In this document: piece by piece, positions 24,501 to 37,392 of the stretch
Layout of the letters: every line of letters begins with the position of its first letter
How positions within the stretch are numbered: the stretch's first letter is position 1
DNA from: Balanoglossus misakiensis
Lineage: Eukaryota; Animalia; Hemichordata
Reading direction: 5' to 3'
Length of the DNA stretch: 64,000 bases
NCBI GenBank assembly: GCA_040954595.2
Contig: CM082591.2
Span: forward strand, 9,227,612-9,291,611
Translations under genes and position numbers: made by a program
The notes under the pieces: model-generated
Told to the model about the DNA's origin: nothing
The model's database searches: none
Seen by the model: the letters and a program-made list of their open reading frames with translations, nothing else

Positions 24501-27500
24501 GTACACTGACTGTATGCAATAAAGGTAAAGGGTCTCCTCACACCTCAATTCTAAATTTCTTAAAGAAATTTATAATTTGAAATTATAATAGTATAGCGTT
24601 GCAATAAAGAAGTCTATGGATAAATTAAAAGGACAGGTCAATACAATAGTTGGTAGAATTGGTAAAACAAGAAAAGTGGAAGGGGTGGGTGTACGTAGGA
24701 CAATTTTGTAAAATACAATTAATGCATTTTAATGAACTCAAAGGCAAATTAACTTAATGTTGGGGAGGACAAATTTGACTTTTGCCACTCAAAGTTAACA
24801 TCAGTGGGGGTGGGATGGCAAGTATTCTGCCCTGGTACACTATATGTGGCGAAGAAATAAGGGGATGGGTGTGGGAGGGGATGTCCCCCTTCCACATAAG
24901 AAAACTTTGTAAAATATGTAGCTCAAAGTTGCATTTTAATGAAGTCAAAAGCAAATTATCTCAATGTTTGAAAGGACCAATTTTACGGTTGCCACTCCAC
25001 TCAAAGTTAGCATCGGTGGGTACATGTATATGACCTCCCCCCTAAACGTTTGAAAAAAAGATGACTCCCTCTTTTGGATTTCAAAATTTAAGTGACCCCC
25101 TGGATTTTGCCAGCCTCCCCCCACCGTAAAAACTGAATGGTCCCTAAGCGCTATTTTGTCAGTGAAATGGCTCCATTATTATCCCTCCAACCATAGTTGA
25201 AACGGAGTTAAATATGTACAGCTTGAAATCATAAAATGTTGCAAAATTGAACCAAGAGTTTGGTCAATGATCAAGTTCTTACAGCTATTACTAGAACCAT
25301 ACAGTCTCAGCGAACAAGAGACATTGGTCCGATTTGCAAGCCGAGTTGGAACTGACTTTGCCTGCACACAGATGTGCCAATTTCAGCGAATCTTATCGTA
25401 TTTAAAAATGAATATGGAGAATTGTTATCTGTGTTCCTATTGCTAGCCTACATACATGTAGCTGTTGTCATTCTAGTGTTTTTTTTCTGTAACCCAAAAT
25501 TGTCTGGACGATGAGCATGCAGAATTTTTCTGATGCTTCTTACTGGCAGAAGGACCACCAGTTGCAGATTTTCATTTCTACGGCACAAGGGAATTTTATA
25601 CTTTGCGTGCAAATATAAATCCTGTTAAATTCTATATATTCTTTATTGGGGATTCAAAAGTATAATAATTGATAGTGTTAGTACCTCTATTCCAAAAAAG
25701 CATGCTGTGAGTGTGCGTGTGATTGTGATCAATATCGTAGTTTCAAAATTTGCAGTGTGCCAGTTCAACACATAGCATAACAATGGTAAAGCACATGTGT
25801 GAATTTCGTGAAATTGGGGAGTGTATCTTACACGGCCATGGCTATCACATTTGCACATGATGGCTTACATTAAAATGTGTTGCCTATCACGATTATTTAA
25901 ATAACATAAAACATCTGATATCGACAGAAACAGTACTATTATAGTGGAAAACATGACAAAAATATTCAAGTAGTATATCACTCACATTTTGTGTTATGAA
26001 GACATGGCCACACTGTTTGGGATACTTTTATCAAATGTTATGTGATACTATATCAGCCTGTTTTGGGGATCTTGACAATGACATATATTAGACTTTTCAT
26101 ACACAGCATGAGGTAGAATTTCAGAAACGATTAGGTAATAAGACTGCATATCTCATAGGAAATAATCACTTTAGAAGTATTACGATAAAAAAAATCATTT
26201 CACTCTTATTGGGAGCATACATTTGTAAAACATACATACAGACATGAATACAGACATAGAGAGATCAATGTGTATACGATTTTCAGTGGGGGAGGGGGTC
26301 CTCCTTAATTGCAAACAACTATGTAATGGTAATTTCCCTTTTATAATAACAATTTTTGAGGTATAAGGAAAAAATATATAACAAAATAAACAAAAAAACT
26401 AATTCAGCTATGATTTGATTCAATTATCATTCTAAAGAAGCACATATCATTTATTAACTCACAACTAAACTTTTAAAGTGATCAACCATGCACTTTCTGA
26501 GAATTTTTTTTTATGCCCCCAAAATACAATTTTTTCATTTTCAGAACATTTATGATATATCACAGTAAAAAAATCCCCTGGAAACTGCAAAACAAAAAAT
26601 TGCAAAGCAATCAAACAAAAATGGCAAAAATTGTCCACAAAAACTATATTGACACTTCCATCATAGGATTTGTTAAAATGTCGTGATAACACACCTAGGA
26701 ACCTGCAAACCAAATTTCAAAGAACTGTGAGTAGAGGTTTTTGAGTATTTGACCAAAATCACCCCAAAAATATACTTCAAAAAATGAAAAAAAATCCATG
26801 AGGTCTCAATAAAATGAATACACACCAATTTCTAAAGCAATTTGACCAGTTTCCACCAATTTCACATTGGTCCCAGTGGTAGATAGACATATACGAAATG
26901 GGAACCAAAGAATAAAACACATTTCAAAGATTTAACACATCTTTTTCCTCAAGAGTGTTTTTCAAATCTTCTCCACATCCTTCAAAATCGCCACCATAAA
27001 GCCATATTACTTGTAGTGCTTATGTTTGTCATATATAGGTGATGCATACCACTATAGATGTGTACCCTTTGTATAGAAGCAGATTAAACAGGTGTGGTAC
27101 CTGTTAAATATCTGACTTCTTTAAATTACAGCCACAATCGTCTGTCAACAAGATGTTCATGTAGATGTATACCTAGCAGTAAGCTTATTTAGATTTACAA
27201 ATCTTAGATGAAAATAATGAAAAAGTGGCACAACCCTTAGGGCTTTAACTAGCAGCTTTATGCCAGATGAGTTCGAGTCTAACGATGTAATGTTGACATT
27301 AAGGTTTCATTGAAATAACTTGGGAACCTCTCTACTATTTGAAGCACCAAAGCTGTGAAAAACTTCCTTCTTTCCCTGAGTTTGTTGCCAAGTGTCTTGA
27401 CCCCTTTACCAAATGTCAGGGACCGGATTTTTTTCAGCTAAATTTCAAATAACCTTGGCTGATTTTTTACCTACTTTCACATATTGGGTAGCATGAAACA

Positions 27501-30500
27501 AAGTATAGCTTCCAGAAGGGTTATAGATATAGTGTTTTGTAATAATAAGAATTAACATGAAACTATAATTTCATGGTTAATTTAGGACCGCCTTAATCTA
27601 TGGTAACGTCATTAAATATTTGCATATCTAATTGTAGGCTATCCAGTGGAGGGAGAAACCTAAACATGGACAACATTGGGGTCAAAATTGTTTGACAAAA
27701 CTTTGGGTGACTTTGGGTAAACCTTGACCAACATTACTATATCTTGGCATCCAGAGCAGATGCAACCTTGACACTTGGAGTGATGGAAATGCATAATGGA
27801 GTATTATGTCTCAGCTAGTCACAGTGCTTTTGCTGTGTTTTATGTCTTTTATTCAGCCAAATTAGATGTTTTTCATTACACATTGGCTGTGTTTGCCAGT
27901 ACTTTTTAGCTGGTCACACTGCCTTAACACAATGTATTCTCAAAATACCATGCAATCATTATGAAGCATATACAGCAGACAAAGTTGTGGTATGACTGAA
28001 CTTGCCCTTCTTTGTGATTAAAGCATGACCGGCCTGTCTTAGGTGGCCCCTACCTAGGGGCTTTACCCGTCATTGGCTCACAGTCTGAGAAATCAGCTCT
28101 GCAGGGAAGTTAACGATGTAACCCACCATTAAAGCTTGAATTTCCGCTTTTTGTATCTGATGCCTGGCTGAGGCCTTCTTAGGATCTACCCAACGCTGAG
28201 TAGGCTATCCCGTCATTGGCACACAGTCTCAGGGAGGGAGTCAAAAGTTCAGTATACCATCAAAGCCTTTATATTGTCCATTCTTTTTAAGAGAAGGCTG
28301 GCTGCTGTAGAAAAATGTTGATCTCAAATTTATCATGTCCAAAAAAAGGCAGACTTCCAGCCCTATTGGTTAGGCTGGCATTAGATATGTACATAATTAA
28401 TGAGGCAAGACATAATATTCCATTACATAGTTCCATCACTCCACGTGTCAAGGATGTATCTGTGCTGGATGCCAAGATATAGGAATGTAGGTCAAAGTTT
28501 ACCCAAGATCACCCAAAAGTTTGTCAAAAGATTTTGACCTCGAAGTTGTCCATGTCCAGGTTACCACACCATTAGAATAAGATATGCACATATTTAATGA
28601 GGTTACCATAGCTCAAGGGGGTCTTTAATTAACCATCAACATTTAGTTTCATATTAATGCATGTTAATATAATACACTGTATCTATAACCCTACTGGTAA
28701 GCCTAGAATTAGGTACATGCGAAAGTTTTTGACAAGATAGATAAGTTGTAAAATATGTACATGAACCTGACAATTGACTTAAAATAACATAAGGCAGACT
28801 TGATACTTATCGGAGATAGATACTAATAACAACAGTGATGTTAATTACACCGGGAATGTTTGTCTTATTATAGCTACATGTAAAAGACTGCTTGAGGTAA
28901 TGTAATTAAAGTGACCACTTGCGATTCACCTTCAAAGTGCTAAGCAAGTCTATGGTACATTGTTTTTCCAATGATTGGACAAAGGATATTCATAATGTGT
29001 AATTAAGGATGGATAGCATTTTCAATGTAATAAGCCCTGCCTTCACTATAATCTTACGCCAAATCAACATTGTTCAGTTTACGTGAAAAACTTCACTAAG
29101 GGACACTTGTTACATCAAATTTCCCAGCAAGGGGTGTCAGATTATTGGGCAAGTGGCATGCATGACACTAGACGTTACTTTTGGAAGCAAAGCGGACAGA
29201 ACACGGCTGGATATAGACTAGGTAATTCTGAATGTGGCCATGAACTGTACCACAGACTCTGTATTGTATGTTTCTGAAGAATCCCATTTAACCCAGACAT
29301 CAACATACTTCAACCTTGTAAGAAGTAGAACATACATGATTTACTAGTAAATATTTGCTAGGTTATTACACACTTTGAATTACACACAAATAGGTGTGTA
29401 CACCGCTGTGACATTGCCACGCAGATATGACCTACCAGGTAACCTAATACAATTTCACAGGAATCGGAGTATTTTCAGTGAAAACAACATTTCTTCAACA
29501 ATGACAAAAACTGCCTCAACCACAAAAATTCAGATATCAACAAATCCAACAATATCTCACTTCAATCACCACAAGGAACATGCCTACCAAAATTGAAAGC
29601 AATCTGACATGCGGTTTCAAAGAATACAAATTGCAAAAATTGCCTCAAGACCACAAATATGCAAATTTCACCAAAATGATATACAACATTACTTGGGTTA
29701 CCTCATGGAACAAGCAAACCAAAATTTAAATGCAACCTGACCTGACGTGGAGTTTCAGAGAAAATGATTTTTGACCAAAAATGACAAAATTATATTTCCC
29801 AAAAATTACAAATTTTGCCACAATTTAAACAATGCTAACAAAGATTACCTATAGGAAATATCATACTAAATTCTAGATACAATTCACGATATTAGCTGAA
29901 AGTATATCAGGCGTGACATAAGCTACATGCATACAAATGTTCAAAGCAATCTGACCAGTTGTTGAGTTTCTGAGTTTTGATCAATTACACATTGCTCCAG
30001 GTAATTAGCATATTTCATTTGAACAGGCGTGCCAGCATCTAAAAACCCAATATCAAGACTTACCACACAGACTCTGTATTGTATGTTTCTGGAGTAATCA
30101 AATAAAACCAATCATGAAAATACTTCAACCTTCTTAATATGAACAAAATCCTATTTACAGGCTGGCCTGCATCTACACACCAAATATCAAGGGGATACGC
30201 GAAGGGGTTTTCAAGTTTTTGATGTGGACAGACATACATACATCCATACATACTACATACACACATACAGAGGCAACTGACTGGTCAGAAGGCATGAGCA
30301 AAAATGCAGGAAATCAATGTTGTGACACTGGTAGTAGGCCTTAATGTATACAATATCAAGACAGTTTATTTAACATGAAGTTTGATATGTTCATAATCAT
30401 TCAGAGCTAAGCATATTTTGAAATTGTAAAATTAATATCAATCACATGAAAACTGACAGCATGCTTTCATTTGGAAATTTAGGTATTGTAATTAACACTA

Positions 30501-32206
30501 ACAGTCATGAAACTATTGAATCGTCAATAAAATCATACAGTAGAAATTAATGGGTTTTCTATTGATATGCGATGTGAAAATGCAACTTGTGGTCCTTCGG
30601 CCAGTAAGAGGCATCAGATAATATTGTAAGACCCAGTTGCCCAATTGATTAGACCTACATGTATGCGCTGTGTGAAGCGCAAGTTATGGCAACTGAATTC
30701 ACAGGACACTGAAGAAAGTGGAATCACTCAAGGTACATATGTATACATGTAGGCTAACAATCACAACACAGAGAATAGTTCTCCATATTCACTTTTAATA
30801 CGATAAGATTCACTGAATTGGCGCATCCATGGGCAGGCAAGGTTAGTTCCAACTCAGTTTGCAAATCAGGCCCATGTATCTTGTTCCCTGAGACTGTCTG
30901 CTTCTAATAATAGCTGTAAGAACATAATCGTTGACCGAACGGTTGGTTCAATTTTGCAACATTTTATGATTTCAAGCTGTGCAATATTTGCAACTCAGTT
31001 TCAACTTTGGTTGGAGGGATGATGATGAAGCAATTTCACTGACAAAATAGCACTACTAACTGACGTCAATATTTGTTCAAAGTTAAATGCATTGCCATCA
31101 GAAAAATGCATACGAAAAGTTTCGTATGTGAATAATAACGCTTTTTCGCATAACTGCAAACCCTGTCACAGTTGTGAAATTCTAAGAAAATTCATTCATT
31201 AGGTAGAATTCGTGCTTTATGAATTCTTAAACAAACTTAGTCATGAAACCTAAATGGTTACCTTACACATGTGGAGGCTCGACTTCTGTGATATGATAGT
31301 CTTCAATTAATGTGTATGTGATTCCATACAAATCCATATGATTACCTGAACGTACAAAATAAATAAAAAATAAATACATAAATTAAAAATAAATAAGTAT
31401 CTCATACATATAAATAAGTATCTCATACATATGCATAAGTGCTTGTGAGAAATATATCATATATCTAAATAAACCTGTCATTTATTGACCTCATTTTCCC
31501 AGTAAACCAAAGGACTAAATTGCACTTTAATATTACAGCTTCATTTCAATGCAACAGGTACACTACATCATAATGGAACAAATATGCCAGCTCAACATTT
31601 ATATAAACAGTGTCAAAATATAAGTGGCTACAAAAGCTTGTGTCCCTTCAATCCATCCTCCCACTCAGGTCAAACGTGTTACATATTAAAATTGCAATGT
31701 GCATACAATACAATTAGTCTTTTGTAAATTCAGACTGAGAAAATATGACTGATAAACATTATCTGGCACATGTTGGTGAATGGCTGGCGTTGATGTTGTG
31801 GGTTGAAATCCGAACTATGATTATCGCGGGTACAAATCACATTTATTTTCTCAGAGACAACACGTTTGCAACTTCGGGACAGAAAGGTGAAAACGAACGT
31901 CATTAGTTCTTGGGAAAAAACTCTGAAATCAATTTCGGTGAGTTCAAATGTGTTCCAAAGGCAAACCGTTTCTGGTAAACAAATCCATGGCAAATAGTTA
32001 CTTCGGCGACTTACCAATCAATCAACATGGCTGCCAAATCGTTGGATATCCCGGTTTCATCTCGCGATCATTCTATCTTCCGATATGGCGTTGCTTGGTT
32101 AAATTCGTCTCTTCTTTGCCGACATAGTCGGGCGACAGCGGTCCAGAAGCATATACAGCGACGCCATCTTGTTTACAATGTGAAGTATCAACTGCGCATG
32201 CTCAAT
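21548..32206 (+). repeat. Left arm of a giant inverted repeat
   Basis: Collinear inverted matches to 52284->38834 along most of its length, e.g. 21680/52140, 22020/51870, 22900/49980, 23990/47890, 27800/45420, 28300/43950, 31300/39500, 32100/38930. Confidence 0.9.
24322..25144 (+). mobile_element. PIF/Harbinger MITE
   Basis: GGGACTGTTCAGTTTT...AAAACTGAATGGTCCC, TAA TSD; absent from the mirror position (~47555). Confidence 0.85.
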
Positions 32207-32678
32207 GGTTGTTGATTGGAAAGTGAGCAGAGCCTGCAAGATCCAGGGTTCGCTTGACCGGCCAAACACGGTTATTCTCCCTGGACCAAATCATTTAAGC
32301 GTCAGGCGTAATACATCACATAATTGACTGGAAAACTAAACAGTCTTCCACCTATATATCAACACAGTTTATTAAACCAGCACCCGCGCAAATATTTACA
32401 AGTATATGATTAAAATTGATCAAATCATTAATCGCACGGTTACAGCTGTCATAGTTTCTAATAATATTATTCACTGGTAGCGCTGACATACCATGTTGAA
32501 TCTTGTCACGGAAAACAAGATAATTGATCTTACGGTGTCATTTGTTTTTAAAAAGTGCTTAATAACTATTGATCCCATTGATATATTTTTCCATATTTAT
32601 ATATTTTTCGCAAATTTTGACTGCTTGGGCTACTAATAGCATGGTGATCACAATGGATTTACCACCTCCCAGCTGCGT

Positions 32679-34889
32679 TATAAAAGAATGCCTATTCTGT
32701 GGACACTAGCCTCATCGAAGACCGAACGTGTTCATCGATGTTTCCATTCATGACGAACTCCAATGCAGGCGTCGCAGTCATTCTGGCTTTCACGCTGTGG
32801 GCGCCTCTGGTGACAGCAATTCCCAACAAGTTGCGGGTAAGTAATCACACAACCTATATGAGTGAAAGTTTCTTGTCATTTTCGCAACGTCAAGGTTGAT
32901 ATTCTCTTCTTGGATCGAAAATGTGTGACACAACAAATGAATCTGCGTGGCAGGGTCGGCTGTGTCTTTTGCTTCGAGACATAGTCGTCAGACACACATC
33001 CCTAACACGCGAAGCCAGCTTATCCTTTGATCAAATGGCAGCGCTATTCTAAATATTTTACAGCATGCCGTAAAGGACAAACACGTGCCGCTTGAAGAGG
33101 CCAACACTCAGCAGAGACGGCAAGATGTTAGCGGAGGTGAGCCCCAACAATAAATTAATATTGTTCCTTTTATTTAGAAAACGCCGCATAATTAGCCAAC
33201 CAATCATGGTTATGAGAAACCTCCAAAATACAATGTATCGATATTTACTGCATCTTTTCATACTTCGCCCGCGCTTTAAAAACCTATAGCTGCTAAAATT
33301 GGCATATTTTTTTCCAGAGTAAAATACTTCATATGTATATTCCCTATTCCCTAAAATCTTCACCCGTGACCATTAAGCCATATTACTTGCATTTGCATTG
33401 GTTTGTCATCACTTGGCGTCGCATTTCACGATAGCTGCTTAGCTGCTATTGTTTGTATGAAGGCTGATTAAATCGGTGAGGCACCGTTTTAATACATAGC
33501 ATGTTCCAATTGCAACATGCAGTCACAATCGGGCATCGATAAGATGTTTATGTATACCTATCAGTAAGCTTATTTTGATGAACCAATTTAAGTTGGAAAA
33601 TAAAATCATGAAAATAATGCAAAAAGTGGCAGCTTTGGAGGCTTTAAACTACAGTTCTCCTAAATTGTCTTGACTAAATGACATACATGTGGTCAAAAGT
33701 TCTGACTGCAGAAGAGGTTGCAGCTGTGGCGGGGGACTGTTCAATTGGAGGAAATATATTTACATGGAATACAGACAATATTGAAATGGCAGCAGAAATA
33801 GTTCCTACTGAAAAGAATGCTATGTGCAGTGAGTATCACGACTTTAAAATGAAAGATTTTGCAAATTTAAAAAAAATATTGAGTGTTTTGACATGCGTCA
33901 GTGGTCAGTAACACACAAGCTGCATGATAAGAGGGTCAGAGAAATTGTAAGCCGCAATGTATAATGGGGATTAACTCCATGACCTATGCGACCTACGAAC
34001 TGTGACGTACAGAATTTATTTCTACGTGTAATGCGGTCTGCGGCAGTGAGCCACAGACCGCATTGCGAGAGCAGTGAGAATTCACCACAATGCAAACTTT
34101 CTGAACGTAGGTTGATCTTCGAATGAAATATTACCTTGTCACCAGTTTTCCACATGGCTACACTGTAAAATTGGGTGACGTGTTCGTTCACAAGTGGAAT
34201 AATTGTAAGTAGTAAAGCACGCGAAGCAACGAGCACGTTTTGAAATGCGCGCAGATGATCCCAGTTTAGCAAATTCAGGCCATTGCGTGCATGCAAAAAA
34301 AATAATACTGTACCGGGGGTGAGCCTACTTTCTTTCCATACAGATACACGTATATGTTGGTTAAGGTATGTGACAAACAGTTTTCATGTAACAGCCAGTG
34401 ATGCTGATCATAAAACCAGCGCAGCTGATGCTTTCATCTACAATTTGCAACATGGACGTTTGTGTCTCTGCATGTGTCGTGCATGTTACTGCTGAACAAA
34501 ACAGATATGCGGGCACCACAGGCTGGCGAAAGCGGTGCTCACGTGCTCTGCAAGCTGATGTTGTCACTAAATTGGCAAAGTATTGTACACATGGAGGAGT
34601 TTCTTGAGCTGTCTGTTGTATAAATGTCGGTTGTGAGTACATTATTTTTTATTTTGTTTTAATAATTTTCAAAGCCCCTATGATTGAAGCATATTATTAC
34701 GACTCATCCGTTCATCATTCATTCATTCATTCATTCATTCATTCATCCATTCAGTCAGTCAGTCACTGTACCAATTGAAGACGCCCTTGTATAGGAGAAT
34801 TTAGCTATGTACTGACTGTCTTTTCATTTTTTCTTCATCCTATAGAATCTACCGACCTGGTCGCTGTCAATAACAATTCAACTCCTTAA
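32679..34889 (+). pseudogene. Remnant of a secreted pentraxin-domain gene: TATA 32679, signal-peptide exon 32738-32836, partial exon ~33675-33828, terminal exon 34846-34889
   Basis: TATAAAA; MTNSNAGVAVILAFTLWAPLVTA-IP|GTAAGT; (LNDI)YMWSKVLTAEEV...C..GGNIFTW resembles the pentraxin C-terminus, |GTGAGT; in-phase acceptor exon KSTDLVAVNNNSTP*; AATAAA ~35159. Confidence 0.55.
34710..34765. repeat. (TTCA)n/(TCAG)n microsatellite
   Basis: Directly visible. Confidence 0.9.
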
Positions 34890-37229
34890 ACATCCTGTGT
34901 GTGTGAAGTCTATGAACACTGGCCATGCATTTCAATTCAAGGACAAAATGAATGCGCAATATTTCGTTTTATCGAGAGTAATGTGCAGTGATTAAATTTG
35001 CTAGGGCTCTCTTAGCAGATTTGGAGTTAGTCATTTTGGTAGAAACTTTTCGAGATGGGAAATCTTTGGTCATCTAACCAAGTTATTTGTATTTTTGTTA
35101 TATAAGACAGAGTCATTTCTATATCATAGATGCAAGTTTAATTTATAACATGAATTTGAATAAAATATTTTTTTTAAAATATCACCACATGAATTTGAAT
35201 AAAATATTTTTTTAAATATCACCAGATTGAAATCTTTGGAAGTTTGCACTTAGAGGGATGGCATGGCAGTTTTCCACTGTTCATATTACAAAGAATTTGG
35301 CGTCACGTGTAGATTTCATGAGTGTTCGAGTTTTGCTCTTCCCAGCCTCGTACCCACAATCCTCTGATACTTACACTTACGTCAGTTCTATAGCCGCTGA
35401 CCCACTAGATTCTCCTAGTTTTGATAGTTGGTGCACGGAAACTTTTGATCGATTCACGAAATTCAAAATATGTTACATCACAAACCTCATAAAATGGAGG
35501 CTAGAGTAGCCTGTTTGTTTTCAGGTAATTTTACAATTACCTCAATTACCTTTTTTCGAGGGAGGGGGTTAAGAAAACATACAGATTGAAATAACAAGGA
35601 AGTGGTATATCAAACCGAAACCTTATCGCAATCGTGATTCTAGAGTGTTTCCATGTCATGTGACATCCACAAAAATGTGGTATTATCTTGAAAAGAGTCC
35701 CGATTTCCCAAACTGGTTTTGCGAATGTACTTCACTTTGGAGCAATGCATGAGTACATTCGTAGAAAGATATTGCTCCACTATTTACTGACACTCCTCTT
35801 GTACTGCAAATATTACTGCATTCTGTCAGGGCAAGACAAAAGACACAGCAGAACTGCCAGAATTAAAACAGACAACTGGCAATTTCAATAAAACATGTAA
35901 TAACAAATATATGTAACATTGAATGAGGTGTCCATACAGCTTGGTCATTTAAAGACCTCCAGTCATTGTGACAATGCATAAATATTTATGTACACCATGT
36001 TAAAAATTAGTTCAGGCATACCTTATACATGTATGTTTTTGACTGACCATATCCTCAGCACGCCCTTTTTTTTCAAAAAGACTATCATTATTCTCTGCCA
36101 GGCAGAGAGTTGCCGCTTTCTTGTTAACAATAATATACTATTATAACATTGCATAGATTCCAGTTTGTTTCTGTCCATATCTCACAAACTGTGGTGTGCA
36201 TACTGTTGAAATGACCTCAAGAAGAAAATGCCAAATGGAAAAATATTTGACATACTAACCTGTATGATAATGTTATACGGTACATTATATTTAACGGTTC
36301 CAATCCAATGTTGAGAACTAAGATAACAATTTGAGCAGAATTCATTTAAAATTAATTGCAGTTCCGTTTCACCGCATTTCATAGGATGCTGGCTAAAATT
36401 CATAGTATGGTGGATTACCTGTTATGCATTTCTTTCCCTATTTCGTCTGGCAGATTTGAGTTTGACAAGCTGTCATTTTCCTTTCAGCTCCGCAAAATTG
36501 ATGGATTTACTTTGACAGCACACAGACTGTCCATTTGTCATCGGAGATACAAGCAGCATCAGGTGCTGAACAGCTTGCAGCAGTGTTGGAAAAGAGTACA
36601 CCACACTAACTTGCAAGAGTGCTTTGGCCCTTTCTTCACACTGTCCGAAACTTGTTGTGTTACATCATTGCTTAATGAATAAGAAATACACATGTATTTA
36701 GCGTTCCATTCAATACCTACAATATATAAAAGGGTGTCGGTCTGTATGCGACAATCTTCAATGTTCTTATGAGCACAAGGCTTTATTCAGGGAAAGTTTT
36801 ACAGTAAGAATTATATGATATAAACTGATAAAGTTTGTTGTCTGTCAACTCTTCTGTCTTTGTCTTACCGATACGGTTCTAACCGCGAACACCGAGGCTT
36901 CTCTGCTCGTACACAGTATAAATCAATGGATGATAAAATGCGCCCTCTTTTGGTGAACTCTTCCTACCGCCCGACCTTCTACCTTACATTAAGGCATGTA
37001 GGGCGGTCAGGTAGATGGCAGTGTATTGCAAGCGTCTCTTGCATATTTTTTTCCGCCAGGAATGGCATACATTCGTTTTTGGCGACACCACAACTGCTGG
37101 AACTTCTCGAAAAATTGAGAGCCGGATTTCATAAATGTTCATGTTTTCCGAAGGGCTGAAAGAAGATCCAGAGTGGAATATTTAAATTTGCCTGTGGCAG
37201 ACATCATAGTGGCTGCCAGTTATTCTATT

Positions 37230-37392
37230 TCTTGTGCAAGAGATAGTATCTTGTTCCAGCGAGATGTTTTCTCGTGTGCACGAGAAACATGCTATCTCGT
37301 GCATATCTCGTGCGCACGAGAAAATTGCGAGCGCACTCGTGTTCACGAGAAAATATCACATGCACACGTAAGTCGTGCGCACGAGATAAAAA
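37230..37392. repeat. Cluster of palindromic CTCGTGCGCACGAG units (MITE-like remnant)
   Basis: Several degenerate TCTCGTG..CACGAGA palindromes. Confidence 0.55.

Noticed and set aside
35147-35225. ~39-bp tandem duplication containing AATAAA
   Set aside because: Simple slippage duplication with no further signal.
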